Positions 13,720-26,136 of a stretch of DNA of 64,000 nucleotides are shown in pieces. Below the pieces are notes generated by a model, which worked only from the letters and a program-made list of their open reading frames with translations, made no database searches and was not told the origin of the DNA. Both the position numbers and the translations under genes were made by a program. The stretch comes from Octopus vulgaris (taxonomy: Eukaryota): the NCBI GenBank assembly GCA_951406725.2, contig OX597817.1, positions 164,548,001 through 164,612,000 of the forward strand. Reading direction: 5' to 3'. The stretch's first letter is position 1. The number at the start of each line of letters is the position of its first letter.

Positions 13720-14113
13720 GGAAGAGGAGATACTATGGAGACTGACGGACAAAACAGGGCACACGGAGCAGAAAAGTGAGAAAAGGAGGAGATGGAAGGG
13801 TAGAAGCAGAATAAGGGAGCCGAGCAGGCGAAGGGGGAGGAGTATAATTAGTGAGAGAGAGAGAGAAAGAGAGAAAGAAAGAGGGGGAGAGAGAGTCTGT
13901 AAGATAGTTATAGCTACAGAGAGTGGTGTGTGTAAAAGCAGGCAGAGAAAGCTCAAGTTGGAGGAAAAATAATTTGCTGGAGAGAGAAAAAAAACACACG
14001 GATAAGGAAATCAATAGATAAAAAATATATAAAAACATCTAAGTCCATCGCCTTTTTTCGGTGTCTGAGGAATCATCTGTAACGTTTGTTTATTGTCAAG
14101 GGTGTGTGTAGAA
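13720..14113 (+). promoter_or_regulatory. Putative promoter/5'UTR of the HMGA-like gene: long purine (GA)-rich tract and TATA-like TATATAAA at 14026-14033
   Basis: Transposon-free, GA-rich stretch immediately upstream of the ATG; TATA-like motif ~90 bp before the start codon. Confidence 0.35.
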
Positions 14114-14203
14114 ATGGCAGATGTGGCAGCAGAACAGGCCAGCAGTGGCCACCAGCCAGAGAAAAGGAAGCGTGGACGACCTCGAAAACTTAAGACAGAT
14201 CAG
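14114..14203 (+). CDS. HMGA: HMGA-like AT-hook protein, coding exon 1 (MADVAAEQASSGHQPEKRKRGRPRKLKTDQ; AT-hook 1)
   Basis: ATG at 14114 in gaaATGG context; canonical AT-hook KRKRGRPRK; donor CAG|gtcaga at 14204, phase 0; resembles exon 1 of vertebrate HMGA2 (KRGRGRPRK). Confidence 0.85.
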
Positions 14204-17200
14204 GTCAGACACATTTTAATAGTTTTCATTGCTTTTTACTATAACTTTGTTGTTGAGTGGATTCCCTTTTCTAGTTTTATTATACTGTTGCTTTTACCTA
14301 AGCTCGTTGTGTTTATTTTTCATATGTATTTTAAAAAAAATTCATCTTCGATTCTTTTTCTTTCCATACTCCCGCCAAAATTATCCACAAGTGTGTGTGT
14401 TTGTAACTAATGTGAGTTAGTAAGGGTGTGCATGTTTGTCTATGTGTGATCTACAATAAGTAAACTATTGAAATTTCAAGTCAGCAAACTTATTGTCGAG
14501 TGCCAACTATTTATACCTACTTTATCTGTTCTATATTTTTAATTATTTATTAGCTAAACGTGCCCGTCGTTATAGTCTTTCTTATCTCCATTCCAACCAC
14601 GAGGATATCACAATTTTTAATACGAATAATCTTACTTGAAATAAAAGAAACTTTCCTATGTTACTTAACTACAGCACTTAGCTTTTCTAACATGAGACCC
14701 CAAAAAAAGTAAAGTCCTTTCTCTCACTGTATCTTACCTACTTATTTCATTTTTGTTCTGCCTCTCATTTTCTATTTCTCTATCTTTCTTTTTGTTTCTT
14801 TTATTTCCTTTTATGTATCTTCTTACCTTTACTTTCTCCCTCTCTTTCCTTCTGTTTCTCTCTCCCCCTTTTATTTCGTTTTCTCTCTATATATATCTCC
14901 ACCTCTCTCACTTACCCGTCAATAATATTTACATTTCCTCCTTCCCCTGACACCTCTTTCTCTTACTATTTCGTTTTTTCCACCCTCTCATCTTCAATTA
15001 TTTTATCTTTCCTATCCCGTCTCTCTCTTTTCTCCCCCTCTCTTCCTCACATTCTTTCTCTCTATTATCTTTCTCTATCTTGTTTTTCTTTTTCTTGTCT
15101 CCCTCTCCTCCCTTACAGATTTTCTATTAAGTCTTTCATCTTTCCATTCTCCCATTCATCTCTCAAGTTACGTACATTTTACATCCAATAATGGTCAAGT
15201 TTTCTGTCTAATAAAACTAACCGAGGTCCGACGAAATTAGTGATGGTCAATGTTGGCGAGGACAGTTAATAAAATTCATAAAGATATACGAATTTGGTCT
15301 GTCATGTGGAGAAAAGGGGAATTTTCATGTTAACTTTTACAGGTGAAGTCTAACGTTTAACTTTAATAATTCAATTATACACCACAGCTTATTGACCATA
15401 CACCTGTATTTCAGCCACTGACCGTAATTTTTCAATTAAAGATTCGTTCAGTTTCCTGTCAGTTACAACTCAGAACTTATGAATGAGTAAATGCAACTTA
15501 CATGTTATTTCTCTTGATAATCCTCAGGTTTTATGCAATGCAACATACTATATATATATATATATACACGCGCGCGTGCATGACGTGCGTGCTCAACCTG
15601 CTAGATATAGCAGCCAGATCCCTTTTAAATCACTGCTGTCTTAATAAAAGGACGTTGGATAACGTGATCTTGGGTTCCCTGCATAAGACAAGATGGTCAT
15701 CACTGGAGTGCCTTTCATCAGGTCTGTTCTGTCAGAGTAGATCTGGGATAATAAAAAACAATATATATATGTATATATATATTTATATTACTATAAACAT
15801 CACGTGTTTATAATATACAGCGCACACAATCAGTGTACACTGCGTGTATGATATATACATTAGTTTGTTTTAAATAGCTGCATTGTCTATTAAGTATGGT
15901 GGCATGGTGGAATTGGTTTTTATGTTTGACCAGTGACTATTACAGCCAATTGCCACTGCTTCTGTGCAGCCAGAGCTGCTTGATCAGCGGAGAAATTAGG
16001 GTCTGCCATGCTAGTTGTAGTAATATAGTCTGGCTGACCAGCACGGCTTTGATTGCCTGGAGACTGACTGACCAATATTTATTTCTTCTACTACCATGTT
16101 GTTCTAGCGGAGACTGCCATGCGCTGCTGTTATGGAAACTGACTGACTGACCATCATCTATTGACTGCTTCTTTTGCCATTGGCTGACCATTATTTCTTC
16201 CACTACCATTTTATAATTATAGAGTCTGGCTGACCGGCACAGTGTTCAATATCACGTTCCTTGCTGAAGTAAGAAACTAGCTGACAACCTCATCTTCTCT
16301 ACCCACCCATGCTTACTGCAGGCAATGGTGGTCAGTGAATTGCTTGACCAGCAATAGTGGTTGTTGTACTGGCTACTCCACCTGTCGTTCTCATCAGTTA
16401 AATATGATAAAACTAATGACAGAAATAGCTAAAATCTAATACAAGCTTGAAAATATAAAATTTGTTTTCAAGGTGGAATAGTATTAAATAGTAAAGGAAT
16501 TTCTGATTGTCACAATTCTCTGTAGGAATTCTTCTCATATTTAAAATTCTTGTTCCACATGGAATATATTTAGATTAGCTTACCTATAATGGTAAAAAGC
16601 AACTCAAGCCATATGTATTGAGAAAGTAGGTATTTGGTAACAATTTTATTCAAAGTAGGTTAGTGTAGAATTCAGGTATTGGTGCTGTGTAAGGGTAGAG
16701 TTAATCTTTCTAATAGTGTGTGTGTGTGTAGCTATGAGCATATTTTCTCCTGAGTTGCATACAAGGATCAAATAGCAGCCATTATGTGACTACTAAAATA
16801 TAATTACTGACTTAATAATGAATTTTTGGTGTAAATTAATTAGTATAAGAAATATAATTGTCTTAATGTATAACATATGTGTATCTGAATATATGTATAT
16901 GTCTATAAAAGTATGTATAAATACATTTATATGCATGTGTGTGTGTGTGTAAATATGTATGTATATACACATTTAAATATGTATGTATATACACACATAT
17001 TTAAATATGTATGTAAATATGTGTAAATATGTATGTATATACACACACACCACACATATATATGCATATGTAGCTATATGTTTATAAGTGGATATATTAT
17101 TTTTAAGCTTAATGTTTATTCTGTCAGTCTCTTTTTGCCAAACCTATAAGTTACATGGCTGTAAACAAATCAACATTGTCGAGCAGTGGGAAGGACAAAC

Positions 17201-17235
17201 ACAAAGACACATAAATATATACATATTTATATATC

Positions 17236-17266
<31 letters not shown>

Positions 17267-18380
17267 GACAGGCTTTCAGTTTCCATCAAATAAATCTACT
17301 TACAAGGCCTGAAGTGGGACTGAACCCAAGACTCCATGTTTAGGAAGCAAGTTTCTTATTTCTTTATTGCCCATAAAGGGCTAAACATAGAGGGGACAAA
17401 CAAGGGATTAAGTCGATTACATTGACCCCAGTGAGTAACTAGTACTTAAATTATCGACCCCGAAATGATGTAAAGCAAAATCGACCTCAGCAGAATTTGA
17501 ACTAGGAAGATGAAATACTAGGTAGATGAAATACTGCTAAGCATTTCACCCCGTGTGCTAACATTTCTTACCACACAACCATGCTTGCACCTATCGGAAA
17601 ATAGTGCCACTCTTATGTTGTATATACATCATTTTATGTCCCCTTTGCATGCTTGTCATTGCGTTCGCAAAAGAGTAATGATACTAATGTTTCATGTAGA
17701 GTCATGATGTTGGTGTTTCATGTTGACATTGTCTCTGATTGCTCTGCACTTTCAGAGACCTTGTGAAGGAAACATCCATTACTTAAAAAAACAGTGAAAG
17801 GTAGGGGGCAAGAAGATTACCCAGCCATAAAATCCTACCTCAACTATCTTCCTGTCTAACCCATGCTCACATGGAAAAACAGCCATGAAACAAAAGAACA
17901 GTGTATGTGTGAATATATTTGAATGCATCTATATATGTGTGTTTATGTAATATATATACATATATAGGCGCAGGCATGGCTGTGTGGTAAGAAGTTTGCG
18001 TGCTGGTAGAAACGTTAGCATGCCGGGCGAAATGCTTAGCGGTTCTGAGTTCAAATTCCACTGAGGTTGACTTTGCCTTTCATCCTTTCGGGGGTCGATT
18101 AAATAAGTACCAGTTACACACTGGGGTCGATGTAATTGACTTAATCCGTTTGTCTGTCCTTGTTTGTCCCCTCTGTGTATAGCCCCCTTGTGGGTAGTAA
18201 AGAAATAGGTATTTCATCTGCTGCTACGTTCTGAGTTCAAATTCCACCGAGGTCGACTTTGCCTTTCATCCTTTCGGGGTCGATTAAATAAGTACCAGTT
18301 ACGCACTGGGGTTGATACAATCGACTTAATCCGTTTGTCTGTCCTTCTTTGTTCCCTCTGTGTTCTGTGTTTAGCCCCTT

Positions 18381-20786
18381 CATCATCATCATCATCATTT
18401 AGCGTCCGTTTTCCATGCTAGCATGGGTTGGACGGTTCAACTGTGGTCTGTGAAGCCAGAAGGCTTCATCAGGCCCAGTCAGATCTGGCAGTGTTTCTAC
18501 GGCTGGATGCCCTTCCAAACGCCAACCACTCCGTGAGTGTAGTGGGTGCTTTTTACGTGCCACCCGCACAGGTGCCAGACAGAGCTGGCAAACGGCCACG
18601 AATGGATGGTGCTTTTACGTGCCACCGGCGAAGCTGGCAACGGACACGAACGGATGGTGCTTTTACGTACCACCAGCACGGAGGCCAGGCGAGGCTGGCT
18701 ACGGACACGAGCGGATGGTGCTTTTACGTGCCACTGGCACGAGGGCCAGGCAAGGCTGGCAACTGACACGAACGGATGGTGCTTTTACGTGCCACCGGCA
18801 CGGGGGCCAGGCGTGGCTGGTTACGGACATGAGCGGATGGTGCTTTTGGCAACGGATACGAACGGATGGTGCTTTTACGTGCCACCGGCATGGAGGCCAG
18901 ATGGGGCGGCGCCGGCAATGACTACGATCGGATGGTTCGCTTAACCACAGCTGCAATTTCCACTGATGTTGATCGACCTCAATTTTGGTTCTGCTTTCTG
19001 ATATCTGATTTGATTTTGTTTGATTTTGATTTTGACTGTTCTCACTGGTCTTGCTGGGTCTTCTCACGCACAGCATACTTCCATAGGTCTCGGTCTCTAG
19101 TCATTTCCTTGGTGAGACCTAAAGTTCGAAGGTCGTGCTTCACCACCTCGTCCCAGGTTTTCGTGGGTCTACCTCTTCCACAGGTCCCCTCAACTGCCAG
19201 GGTGTGGCACTTTTTCACACACCTATCTTCATCCATTCTCGCCACATGACCATACCAGCGCAATCGTCTCTCTTGCACACAACAACTGATGCTTCTTAGG
19301 TCCAACTTTTCTCTCAAGGTACTTACACTCTGTTGATTATGAACACTGACATTACGCATCCAACGGAGCATACTAGCTTCATTTCTTGCGAGCTTACGCA
19401 AATCCTCAGCAGTCACAGCCCAAGTTTCACTACCATGTAGCATGGCTGTACGTACACATGCATCATACAGTCTGCCTTTTACTTTGAGCGAGAGGCCTTT
19501 TGTCACCAGCAGGGGTAAGAGCTCTCTAAACTTTGCCCAGGCTATTCTTACTTTAGCAGTTACACTTTTAGCACACCTGCCCTGACTTGGTCACCTAGGT
19601 AGCGGAAGCTATCAACTACTTCTAGTTTTTCTCCCTGGAACGTGGTAGAAGTTGGTCTCTGCATATTTTCCGAGTTTATTGCTCCTGAGCATCTGCCACA
19701 GATAAAAACTATTTTCCTAGTTAGTCTTCCTTTGACATTACTACATCTCTTATGTGTCCATAGCTTACATTTGGTGCATCTTATAGAGTTTCTACCTACG
19801 CCTTTTCTACAGATCGAGCAGGGCCATCTACCTGAAGGCGTTTGTGATTGGTCTACCTTCCTACTTATTAGGACTTTGGTTTTGGCTAGGTTGATTCTAA
19901 GGCCCTTTGATTCTAAACCTTGCTTCCACACCTGAAACTTCTCCTCCAGTTCTGATAGTGACTCAGCAATTAGAGCAAGGTCATCAGCATAGAGGAGCTC
20001 CCTAGGGCATCCAGTCTTGAATTCCTCCGTTATTGCCTGGAGGACTATGATAAATAGGAGGGGACTGAGGACTGAACCTTGGTGGACCCCAACCTCTACC
20101 CTGAATTCTTCACTGAACTCGATGCCAACCTTCACTTTACTAGCAGCGTCTCTGTACATGGCTTGTACAGCTCTCACTAACCATTCATCTATCCCTAGTT
20201 TCCTCATTGACCACCAGATAAGGGATCGGGGGACCCTGTCGAAGGCTTTCTCCATATCAACAAAAGCCAGGTATAGGGGTTTGTCTTTGGCTAGGTATTT
20301 CTCCTGCAGCTGTCTTACCAGGAAAATAGCATCAGTAGTACTTTTCCTTGGCACGAACCCAAACTGCATCTGATCTAATCTAACTCTCTCTCTAATTAGT
20401 TGGGCTATAACCCTCTCCGTAACCTTCATTACCTGATCCAGCACCTTGATACCCCTGTAGTTATTTGTATCTAGGGCGTCACCTTTACCTTTGTAGCAGT
20501 TGACTATTATGCTGCTACACCAGTCATTGGGTATGACTCCTTCGTGTATCACCTGGTTAACTATACGGGTGACTAGGCTATAGCCGACACTACCAGATAT
20601 TTTGAGCATCTCTGCAGTGATTCCTGATGGGCCTGGGGCTTTCCCTGTTTTCATGCTTGTAATTGCCTTAACTACTAAGGAGCTGTCAACTCGGATTGCT
20701 GGTCCCTCTGTTGGGTCAACATTTGGCAGACTCTCTTTATCCCATTCATTTTCCTCATTCAGCAACCTTTCATAGTGGCGTCTCCA
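18381..20786 (-). mobile_element. 5'-truncated RTE-clade LINE: RT domain, PHD-type zinc finger, C-terminus, repeat-containing 3'UTR and (ATG)n tail
   Basis: ORF 19560-20828 has RT motifs (KAPGPSGI, NYRGI, QFGF, FVDMEKAFD, GVHQGSVLSP, YADD, FRYLG). After a frameshift near 19580 it continues into ORF 19042-19506 (RLRWYGHV, GRPTKTW, DRDLWK). Tail is (CAT)n on + at 18381. Confidence 0.95.
18541..18940 (-). repeat. ~61-bp tandem repeat (about 7 units) in the RTE 3'UTR
   Basis: Recurring core cggatggtgcttttacgtgccaccggca at ~18601, 18649, 18710, 18771, 18832 and 18861. Confidence 0.9.
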
Positions 20787-21440
20787 CTTGTGGGCAGTAA
20801 AGAAATAAGAAGCTTGCTTCCCAACCACATGGTTCTGAGTTCAGTCCCACTGTGTAGCACCTTGGGCCAACCAAAGCCTTGTGAGTGGATTTGGTAGACA
20901 GAAAATTAAAAGAAGCCTGTTGTGTATATATGTATATCTGTGTGTGTGCATTTATTTCCTCGTAACTTAGCGGTTCAGCATGGCTGCAGTCAAATGACTG
21001 AAGCAAAAGATTAAGATATATAATCAAAAATAGCACTTAACTCCTGTGATAGGAGTTGTACATATTTAAGAACACTTTGACTCAGCCCTACATTACTCAG
21101 TTTCAGAGGTGGTGATGAGTGACTACGGCATCAGATGTATGGATCAGAGTAAGGTCAATATAAGGGTGGTTTCGAAGTGAGAATATTTGGTAATTTCATT
21201 TATTAGTTCTTACTTAAGCCCTTTGCTCCCTAATCGAACATAATCCATTGACAACTTTTCTCCCTTATTCTTGACTTAGCGGTCTTTTCTGCTTCTCTTA
21301 TGTTGGATCCCTGCTTTTCAGCTCTGCCATGTACGAGAATGATGTATGTTGTTGTTTAACCCAAGGTTAATTTTGATTGATTAGATCTATAATGGAAAGC
21401 ATTCCAGCCAGCCAGCCAGCTAGGACCATTGCATATTTAA

Positions 21441-21659
21441 CCCTCTAGCATTCTGATTAATTTATCAAATGTAATGTTTATGTATCCATATTTTAAAAAA
21501 TTAATCACATATTATCTTTTAGCTTCAAGATTTTGAAGATGTAATCATTTAATTTTAGAATGACATTGTAGGGTAGGTGTGAGAGACTGGATCTGGCCAG
21601 TTTGAACATAAAACAGGTAGACCATTTGGGCCGAATATGGTCGGTAAAATGTTAAAAGG
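21441..21659. mobile_element. piggyBac-type MITE, family P2
   Basis: TTAA|CCCT...AAGG|TTAA ends; homologues at ~23985-24236, ~31035-32142, 52960-53400 and ~53712-54250. Confidence 0.7.
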
Positions 21660-22329
21660 TTAAGGGGTGTCTCAAACTAAATTATCCAATGTCAGGTTTG
21701 ACTTAATGGAGATTGGCTGCTATTTCTACCAGGTATAGTAATCTGGTTAGTTTTGAATTATCATTGATTCTTCTGTAACTTTGCTCTTTTTTCTTCTTAG
21801 TATGGGAAGTAGTCCTTATTAACCTGGTGTCTATCCTTTGACCTGTTCAGAATAGGAGGCCTAACCAGCAGATTGTGCTCTGCTAGCATAGCTCCCAAGG
21901 TTATTGAAGCACACAAGCTATCACACCTCAAGAAGGAGTGGATCATATGGTTGATATGTCCGTTCTGGTCACATACATAGTTTGATAAAAAAAAAGTATA
22001 ACAAATATTTGTATTTATGCTTTCACTTAATAGAGAAGACAGTGGAGTGGTACTAGTCAGTTGGCAGACTAGGATTTGACAACTTAGCAGCATCACCCAG
22101 TGGTGGGTGGAATACAAGTTGGTCCATGTGGCAAGGTAACCGGCCTTTTAGTGTCAGGTTACATACCACATGGTGTGTCATGGATAACTGTGTGTGGTGT
22201 ATTTGTAGCTGGGTACTGGTAGGCCATATTGAGGGTACACAGAAAAGAAATAATTTCACTGAAGGCAAGCAGAGATTGTTTTCCCTGTAACTGTGCATCT
22301 GCCAGCTAGGCTTAAGGTGGTTTTTCAGA

Positions 22330-22840
22330 GGCATCAGTGGCCAATGGTTTGAAATTCATAAATAGGATCTATCTTTGGTGATGGTATTATAATAGATCAG
22401 TTTTCCAATTGATTGATTCTGCTGGTTGTTGCAGTATATGTTGTGAGTAAAGCAAGGTTCTGTCAAGGATGCTGCGTGTGATGTTGGGAAAGACATTTCT
22501 TTGACTCTTGAGTCTCTAGATAAAGTACGAGAGGGAGATGGTGATTTTCTTGTCTTTACACCTGAATGAGTGCATATGTTGTGTAAATCATTCTTTGAAA
22601 TCATTGGTTGTTATGCTTACTCATGTAGTACCTTATGATGCCATCAGATTGCATGAAGGTAGCTCTGTGGACCATAGCCTTTGAGAGGCAAGTACTCCTT
22701 GTGGGCAGTTGCCTTGGCAGTTACAGGCTGGACATTGTGTGGCTGTGTTTCCATTATAGTGTGTAATGTTGGAAGTGATTTTATCTAAGCATGAATAACT
22801 AACCTAAACATTATGGGCATTAAAGAGTTTATGAAAATTG
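22330..22840 (-). pseudogene. Penelope-like element remnant: RT/EN linker and GIY-YIG endonuclease
   Basis: Minus-strand translation NFHKLFNAHNV*VSYSCLDKITSNITHYN...PACNCQGNCP..CLSKAMVHRA...DFKE*FTQHMHSF matches the Penelope pattern HKIFNRNTVKVSYSC...CNC..CP..CL..VVY.A...FK.R..H..SF. Confidence 0.75.
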
Positions 22841-22845
22841 TAATC

Positions 22846-22930
22846 TAAGTAGGGGCTAAACTACAATAACTTATCTGAGTAGGGGCTGAACTACCATAAC
22901 TTATCTAAATAGGGGCTAAACTACCATGAC
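22846..22930. repeat. 30-bp tandem repeat, ~3 copies
   Basis: taagtaggggctaaactacaataacttatc units at 22846, 22876 and 22906, at the 5' break of the Penelope remnant. Confidence 0.85.
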
Positions 22931-23476
22931 ATATTAAGCAACTACCTACCACAAAGAGCTCCTTTACAAAACATTCCCTACATAAAAAAAATAAGATTAC
23001 ATGAACAGGAGAACTACTAAAGAATTTATGGGGACAGTGAAGACTAACAGAGATAACAAAGAAAGAATGAAAATACACTAGATAAACAACAAGCATTCCA
23101 CCTTCAGTTGCCTAAGCAAATATTTTCATGTTTTTTATACCAAATGGTAGCACCATTCTGTCTGACAGTGTCAGCTATGTTCAGATATTATTTTAATACT
23201 GTTTAGGATTACACAAGTATAATTTGTACATGAGACAAAACAAAAATTAAAAACGAAACATAAACACCATACCTGGATGAAAAATGTAGACAGCAGAAAA
23301 AACACTAGGCCCCAGGATGCCATAGTACAAGTGACTTACACAGCAGAAATGGAAGTAATGATAGAGGAGAAAGAGCCAGCCCACAAGTAGAAGGGAGAAC
23401 AGTGGGAGAGAAACAGCACTTGTCTATCAAAGAGAAAGAAGGAAGGAGAATAACTGACAATAACACATCTAATTAA

Positions 23477-23696
23477 CCCATTCATTACTGTATTTATTTT
23501 GAGATGCTCTGTGTTTCTTTCAATTACTTTAAATATAACAAAGAATTTAGTAAAATAACTCAGTTATCATTCAGCTAGTGTTAGGAACATAAATTGTGAC
23601 TAAGGTTTGGTGGAAGATTTTAATTAAAATCTTATGAAAACAAGACATTTATACTCAGAGTCAGAGCCAGTTTCAGCCAGGTTAGTAACGAATGAG
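23477..23696. mobile_element. piggyBac-type MITE, family P1
   Basis: TTAA flanks, CCC-type TIR; homologous to 50769-51354, 59022-59230 and 62090-62332. Confidence 0.8.
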
Positions 23697-24239
23697 TTAA
23701 CGGTGTGTGGGGACTCTTTGTAGCATCCAACAAGCACAAAAGTAAATATAACAATGGTAATTTGTACCAACTTCTCCATGGTGTACCTTAAACTATATTT
23801 AATAATTCTGTAAATTTAAATATACTGTAACTCATTTTGTCTGCATATCTTTTTTATTATATTCCAATTTCATATATTTGTCATTAACCACAAAATTTAA
23901 TTTGCAACTCAGATGCATGCTTGAAATAGCGCCAAATTTCTTCAAAATATCTCTGTGCATACCTGGGTCACAATTGCAGTATTTAATCCTTTAACATTTA
24001 AACCGGCCATATCCAGCCCAAATGATCTACCTGTTTTATGTTCAAACTCTATCAAATGCAATGATCATTTATCTATATTGTTTGGAATTAATCATGCATT
24101 ATCTTGTAGCTTTGAGATTTCAATGAAGTGATTGTTTACTTCTTAGAATGACATTGTAGGGAAGGTGTGAGGGACTGACTGTGAGCAGTTTGAACATAAA
24201 AAGTTTGAATATTTTGGCTGGTTATGGCTAGTTAAAATA

Positions 24240-24805
24240 TTGGGTTGTCCGGAAAGTTCGTGCCAATTTATAGTAGCTTACTTTTCGACGTATTTTAGAA
24301 CATGGTTGAGTCCATAAAATAGGATTTGACTACACCTCCATTTAGAGCACAGTTTAAGCTATATTTTCATGGAAGAAGTTTTATGTTCCTATAACCTGTA
24401 TTAATTCTGTAACCCTTTAAATTGGAAGATAAGAAAGTTCATTTTTGGCACTTGATGCTTTGGGAACCAGACAAAAATTGCTGCAGCTTGGCTGGGATGT
24501 GTTACCCCACCCTCCATATTCACCATATATTGCTCCTTTGGATTTCCACTTATTCAGGTCTCTGCAGAATAGTCTAAATGGTAAAAATTTCATTTCCTTG
24601 GATGACATAAAAAGATATCTTGATGAATTCCTTGCCATGAAACCACCTCAATTCTGGGAAGAGGGTATTTTCAAGTTAAAGGAAAGATAGAAACGCATTG
24701 TGCAACAAAATGGTTCATATTTGGTTGATTAAAAATGTAATGGCCAGTATTTATCGGCCTTTTTCTTTCCTTTAAAAATCGGCACGAACTTTCAGGACAA
24801 CCCAA
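24240..24805 (+). mobile_element. Internally deleted mariner element with transposase C-terminus
   Basis: TIRs ttgggttgtccggaaagttcgtgcc / ggcacgaactttcaggacaacccaa, TA TSD; ORF LGWDVLPHPPYSPYIAPLDFHLFRSLQNSL...FWEEGIFKL (DD34D mariner YSPDLAP motif). Confidence 0.92.
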
Positions 24806-25480
24806 TACAAAAGGATTAAGGCCTTTCCCACTCAGGTTTTGTCGGTTTTGAATTGTCATCGATTTTCTGTAACCTTTCTTTTTTCTAGGTAGATGTGTTG
24901 GCCCTATGTAAAACCAATTTTTACCTCTGGGAAAAGGTGGTCCATATTAGTTTAGCCTTTATCCTTTGACCTGTCCAGCATGGTAGGCCCTACCAGGAGC
25001 TTGTGCTCCACTGGCATGGCTCAGGGTTACTGAAGCACACATGCCACCACGTTGCAAAAAGGACTGGACCTTGTGAAATTTACTACTGTATCTTTGTTTA
25101 ATCATTTGATATATCACATGATACACCTTTTCTATAAGCACATCAAAGTTTTAAGTTATTCTTCTATACATAGATTATCTCTCTGGAAAAAAAATGCTGC
25201 AACTCAATCTATCTAGAATGCAACTAGATGCATAAGGCATTTCTGCTACTTTAAAATCAAAAACATTAATTGTAGTAGAAGTATTAGTTACCATCAAATA
25301 CCCCAACCATAGTTGCTGAACCTAACCTATCATTTTTGTATACGGGCATTATAAGCATTGCTGTGTTAGTTCAGAAGATAGCGGCAAATTCTGAATTAAA
25401 ACCTTCCACCAAACCTTAGTCAAAATTTATGTTCCTAACACTAGCTTAATGATAACTAAGTTATTTTACTAAGTTCTTTG

Positions 25481-25892
25481 GGATCTTTTTGGTTTGAACG
25501 GCAGTTTTTTCTAGCGGTGTCATATGAAATTGTCACCCATAATTATGACCCTAGAATCGATCTATTGCATTTCAATCTCTTTTAGGGTTAGGGGTGGGGG
25601 AAGGGTATCTTTTTTTCTTCACAAATGTAAATAAACCCAATCTGTTTCTTAAATGAGGGACATATTCATACGGCACAGAATGCTTTTTAACTCAATAGAC
25701 ATCACTGATTGGTTGAAATTGCAGAAATTGAAGAAAAAAAAAACAGCAAATATCTTACAAACTATAGAATTTTCTCAATAAAGCCAAGAGAAAAAGATGT
25801 TTTATAAACACATTCTACCAGTATACGAAGTTTAACATTTTTTAGTTACCTAGAAATTATGTTAAAAACTGCCGTTCAAACCGAAAAGATCC
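25481..25892. mobile_element. Merlin-like MITE, family GGATC (copy 3), inserted into a P1 piggyBac-type MITE
   Basis: TIRs as above; TSD gttctttg/attctttg; P1 sequence on both sides; internal ttagggttaggggtgggg. Confidence 0.88.
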
Positions 25893-26136
25893 ATTCTTTG
25901 TTATATTTAAAATCAATTGAAAAGAACACTGAGCATTACAACAGAAATATGGTAACAAAAGGGTTAAACAAGTGAGTTGTTGATTACTGCCATTTGCTGC
26001 TGTAATATTTAAATAATTCCTCTTTTTAGCATCAGGGCCACCTTAGCTTTCTTCTAAATCCCTAGGTTAAATTTTACAAGTAAGTATTGTAAATGAAGTT
26101 TTGTGCATAGAATGTTTGTTGTTGTTGGACTCTCGT

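Larger units (their letters stand above)
17966..21010 (+). mobile_element. Nested host SINEs around the RTE: family A SINE interrupted by a dimeric family B SINE, itself interrupted by the RTE
   Basis: SINE A head aggcgcaggcatggctgtgtggtaagaag (17966) resumes at ~20805 (aagaagcttgcttcccaaccac). SINE B tail ttagcccctt| (18380) resumes as |cttgtgggcagtaaagaaat (20787). Confidence 0.85.

Noticed and set aside
14204-14410. Hydrophobic extension of ORF 14093-14410
   Set aside because: T-rich intron read-through after the GT donor at 14204.
18541-18940. CRISPR-like look of conserved cores with variable intervening sequence
   Set aside because: The spacers are homologous to each other, the array lies in a LINE 3'UTR in a eukaryote, and there are no cas genes.
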